Positions 62,859-64,000 of a stretch of DNA of 64,000 nt are shown here, piece by piece (within the stretch, counting starts at the first letter, position 1; each line of letters opens with the position of its first letter). Made by a program: the position numbers and the translations under genes. Under the pieces are notes generated by a model. It was given only the letters and a program-made list of their open reading frames with translations. It was not told the origin of the DNA and made no database searches. The stretch spans positions 62,001 to 126,000 of IMG/VR virus record IMGVR_UViG_3300046543_000266. One strand, 5' to 3'.

Positions 62859-64000
62859 ATGACTCTCAAATACGCTCAGGGATTCGAGACCATGCGCGAT
62901 GACACCGACCTGCGTGCGCAAGGCTGGGTCAATGGTCCGGTGTCCCGATCCTGCGGTTTCGTTCCGTCGGCGAATGGTAGCGGCACCGGATACGCGATGG
63001 CTCTTATGGGAGCAAATCGTGTAGGAACTTCAGGATACGCAGGGGGTTCCGGCGTTACTGACCCCGCGTATTTCAACCTCGGTGTTACCATCAACTCGTT
63101 GTGGAATGCGGGCGGGTTCACGCTTGGCGCCTCTGGTAAGCTCAATGCCGGGGCTGCGAATGCTCCAGGTGCTGGCTCGTCCAATCAGTTGGCCTTTGAC
63201 GGCACCAAGTACTGGACTATCCTGCGCAACTTGACGACAAGTTCGGCAAACGTTGCCACGTCGACCGACCTGATCAACTGGACGGTAACTCCGGCACAGC
63301 CGTCGAACGCAGGTGTCTACGCAGGATTGGCTGTTCTCGGTAGTGGACTGGTCGCAGTCATCGGTATCGACAGTTCGACAAGCGTCCAGTATTACTACTC
63401 CACGAACTCGGGTGCTACGTGGAACCAGAAGGTCCTGTACACGACGGCGTCAACCGCTGGCGCAGTTACAGGACACGTCATCAACACCGGCAACTCATCG
63501 TTCCCGCACGCGCTGATCATCTCCAGCAACTCCTCGGGAGCAACGGGTACGAACAACGGCGTCTGGATCGGTGACATCACAGGCACCATGACCAACGTCA
63601 CAGGTGCTGGCGCAGGCAACATCTACTTCTGCCCGTGGCGAATCACGAACGGCTATCTAAATGTGATTGGGAACGGCTTCGTCTATTCGGCGCTTGCCAA
63701 TAACGTAGCACTCAACACAGCGGGTGCGTGGTCGAAGTCAACAACCACGCTGACCGGCGGGGCCAGTGACTTCGTGTTCTTCCCGGCAGGCAATCTCTGG
63801 GTTGCGAGCACTCAGTCGGGTATCTCCACGACGCCGAACACCGGTACGGTAGGAGCTCCGATTCCTCCGACTGGATCGTTCACCTGGACCAGTCGTTACA
63901 GCACGCTTGCCGTCTATAGGTTGGCAGTTGACGGAAGCAACATCTACGCCTTCTGTGCGAACGGCACGGTGGTCACGTCAACCGATGGTCTTACGTGGAC
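62859..64000 (+). CDS. tail spike/fibre protein (GFE family paralog 3), 3'-partial, missing from ORF track
   Basis: AGGA RBS; MTLKYAQGFETMRDDTDLRAQGWVNGP...FDGTKYW...TSTDLINW; frame runs off the window end. Confidence 0.75.
   Translation, partial: MTLKYAQGFETMRDDTDLRAQGWVNGPVSRSCGFVPSANGSGTGYAMALMGANRVGTSGYAGGSGVTDPAYFNLGVTINSLWNAGGFTLGASGKLNAGAANAPGAGSSNQLAFDGTKYWTILRNLTTSSANVATSTDLINWTVTPAQPSNAGVYAGLAVLGSGLVAVIGIDSSTSVQYYYSTNSGATWNQKVLYTTASTAGAVTGHVINTGNSSFPHALIISSNSSGATGTNNGVWIGDITGTMTNVTGAGAGNIYFCPWRITNGYLNVIGNGFVYSALANNVALNTAGAWSKSTTTLTGGASDFVFFPAGNLWVASTQSGISTTPNTGTVGAPIPPTGSFTWTSRYSTLAVYRLAVDGSNIYAFCANGTVVTSTDGLTW

Noticed and set aside
46587-64000. Diversity-generating retroelement or invertible fibre cassette
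   Set aside because: No reverse transcriptase or invertase in the window, and I saw no long near-identical TR/VR pair differing at adenines; similarities are protein-level modules.

Overview
The window is a GC-rich, gene-dense 64-kb segment of a large contractile-tailed (jumbo-type) dsDNA phage. Gene content and order resemble the phiRSL1 / BcepSauron-type myoviruses of Betaproteobacteria; this is inferred from memory and was not searched. There are four blocks. (1) 1-30.2 kb, + strand: head, neck and tail morphogenesis (prohead protease, acidic scaffold, decoration protein, major capsid, tail sheath, tail tube), interleaved with a Nudix hydrolase, two zinc metalloproteases, an Ig-domain glycoside hydrolase, a dCMP deaminase cassette, an HNH nuclease and a 1564-aa SNF2 ATPase. 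(2) 30.2-46.5 kb, - strand: replication and recombination genes (DnaB, SF2 helicase, beta-clamp-like, DnaX-like clamp loader, SbcC-like, Cas4-like nuclease). (3) 46.6-53.2 kb and 56.1-64 kb, + strand: tail-fibre/baseplate genes. (4) 53.2-56.1 kb: a 5'-3' exonuclease and a holin/GH19 endolysin cassette. I found no tRNA, rRNA, CRISPR array or transposase. The most striking signal is a short peptide tag, (L/V/I)-N/H-A-A-x-R-L-x-A. It occurs at the N- or C-terminus of ten otherwise unrelated proteins in the head/tail block, including both metalloproteases, and is encoded with varying synonymous codons. It looks like a capsid-targeting and maturation-cleavage signal for a set of packaged cargo proteins. 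Two phage-specific promoter-like motifs also partition the genes: AATTT(G/T)A precedes virion genes and GTAAATA(A/G) precedes DNA-metabolism genes.
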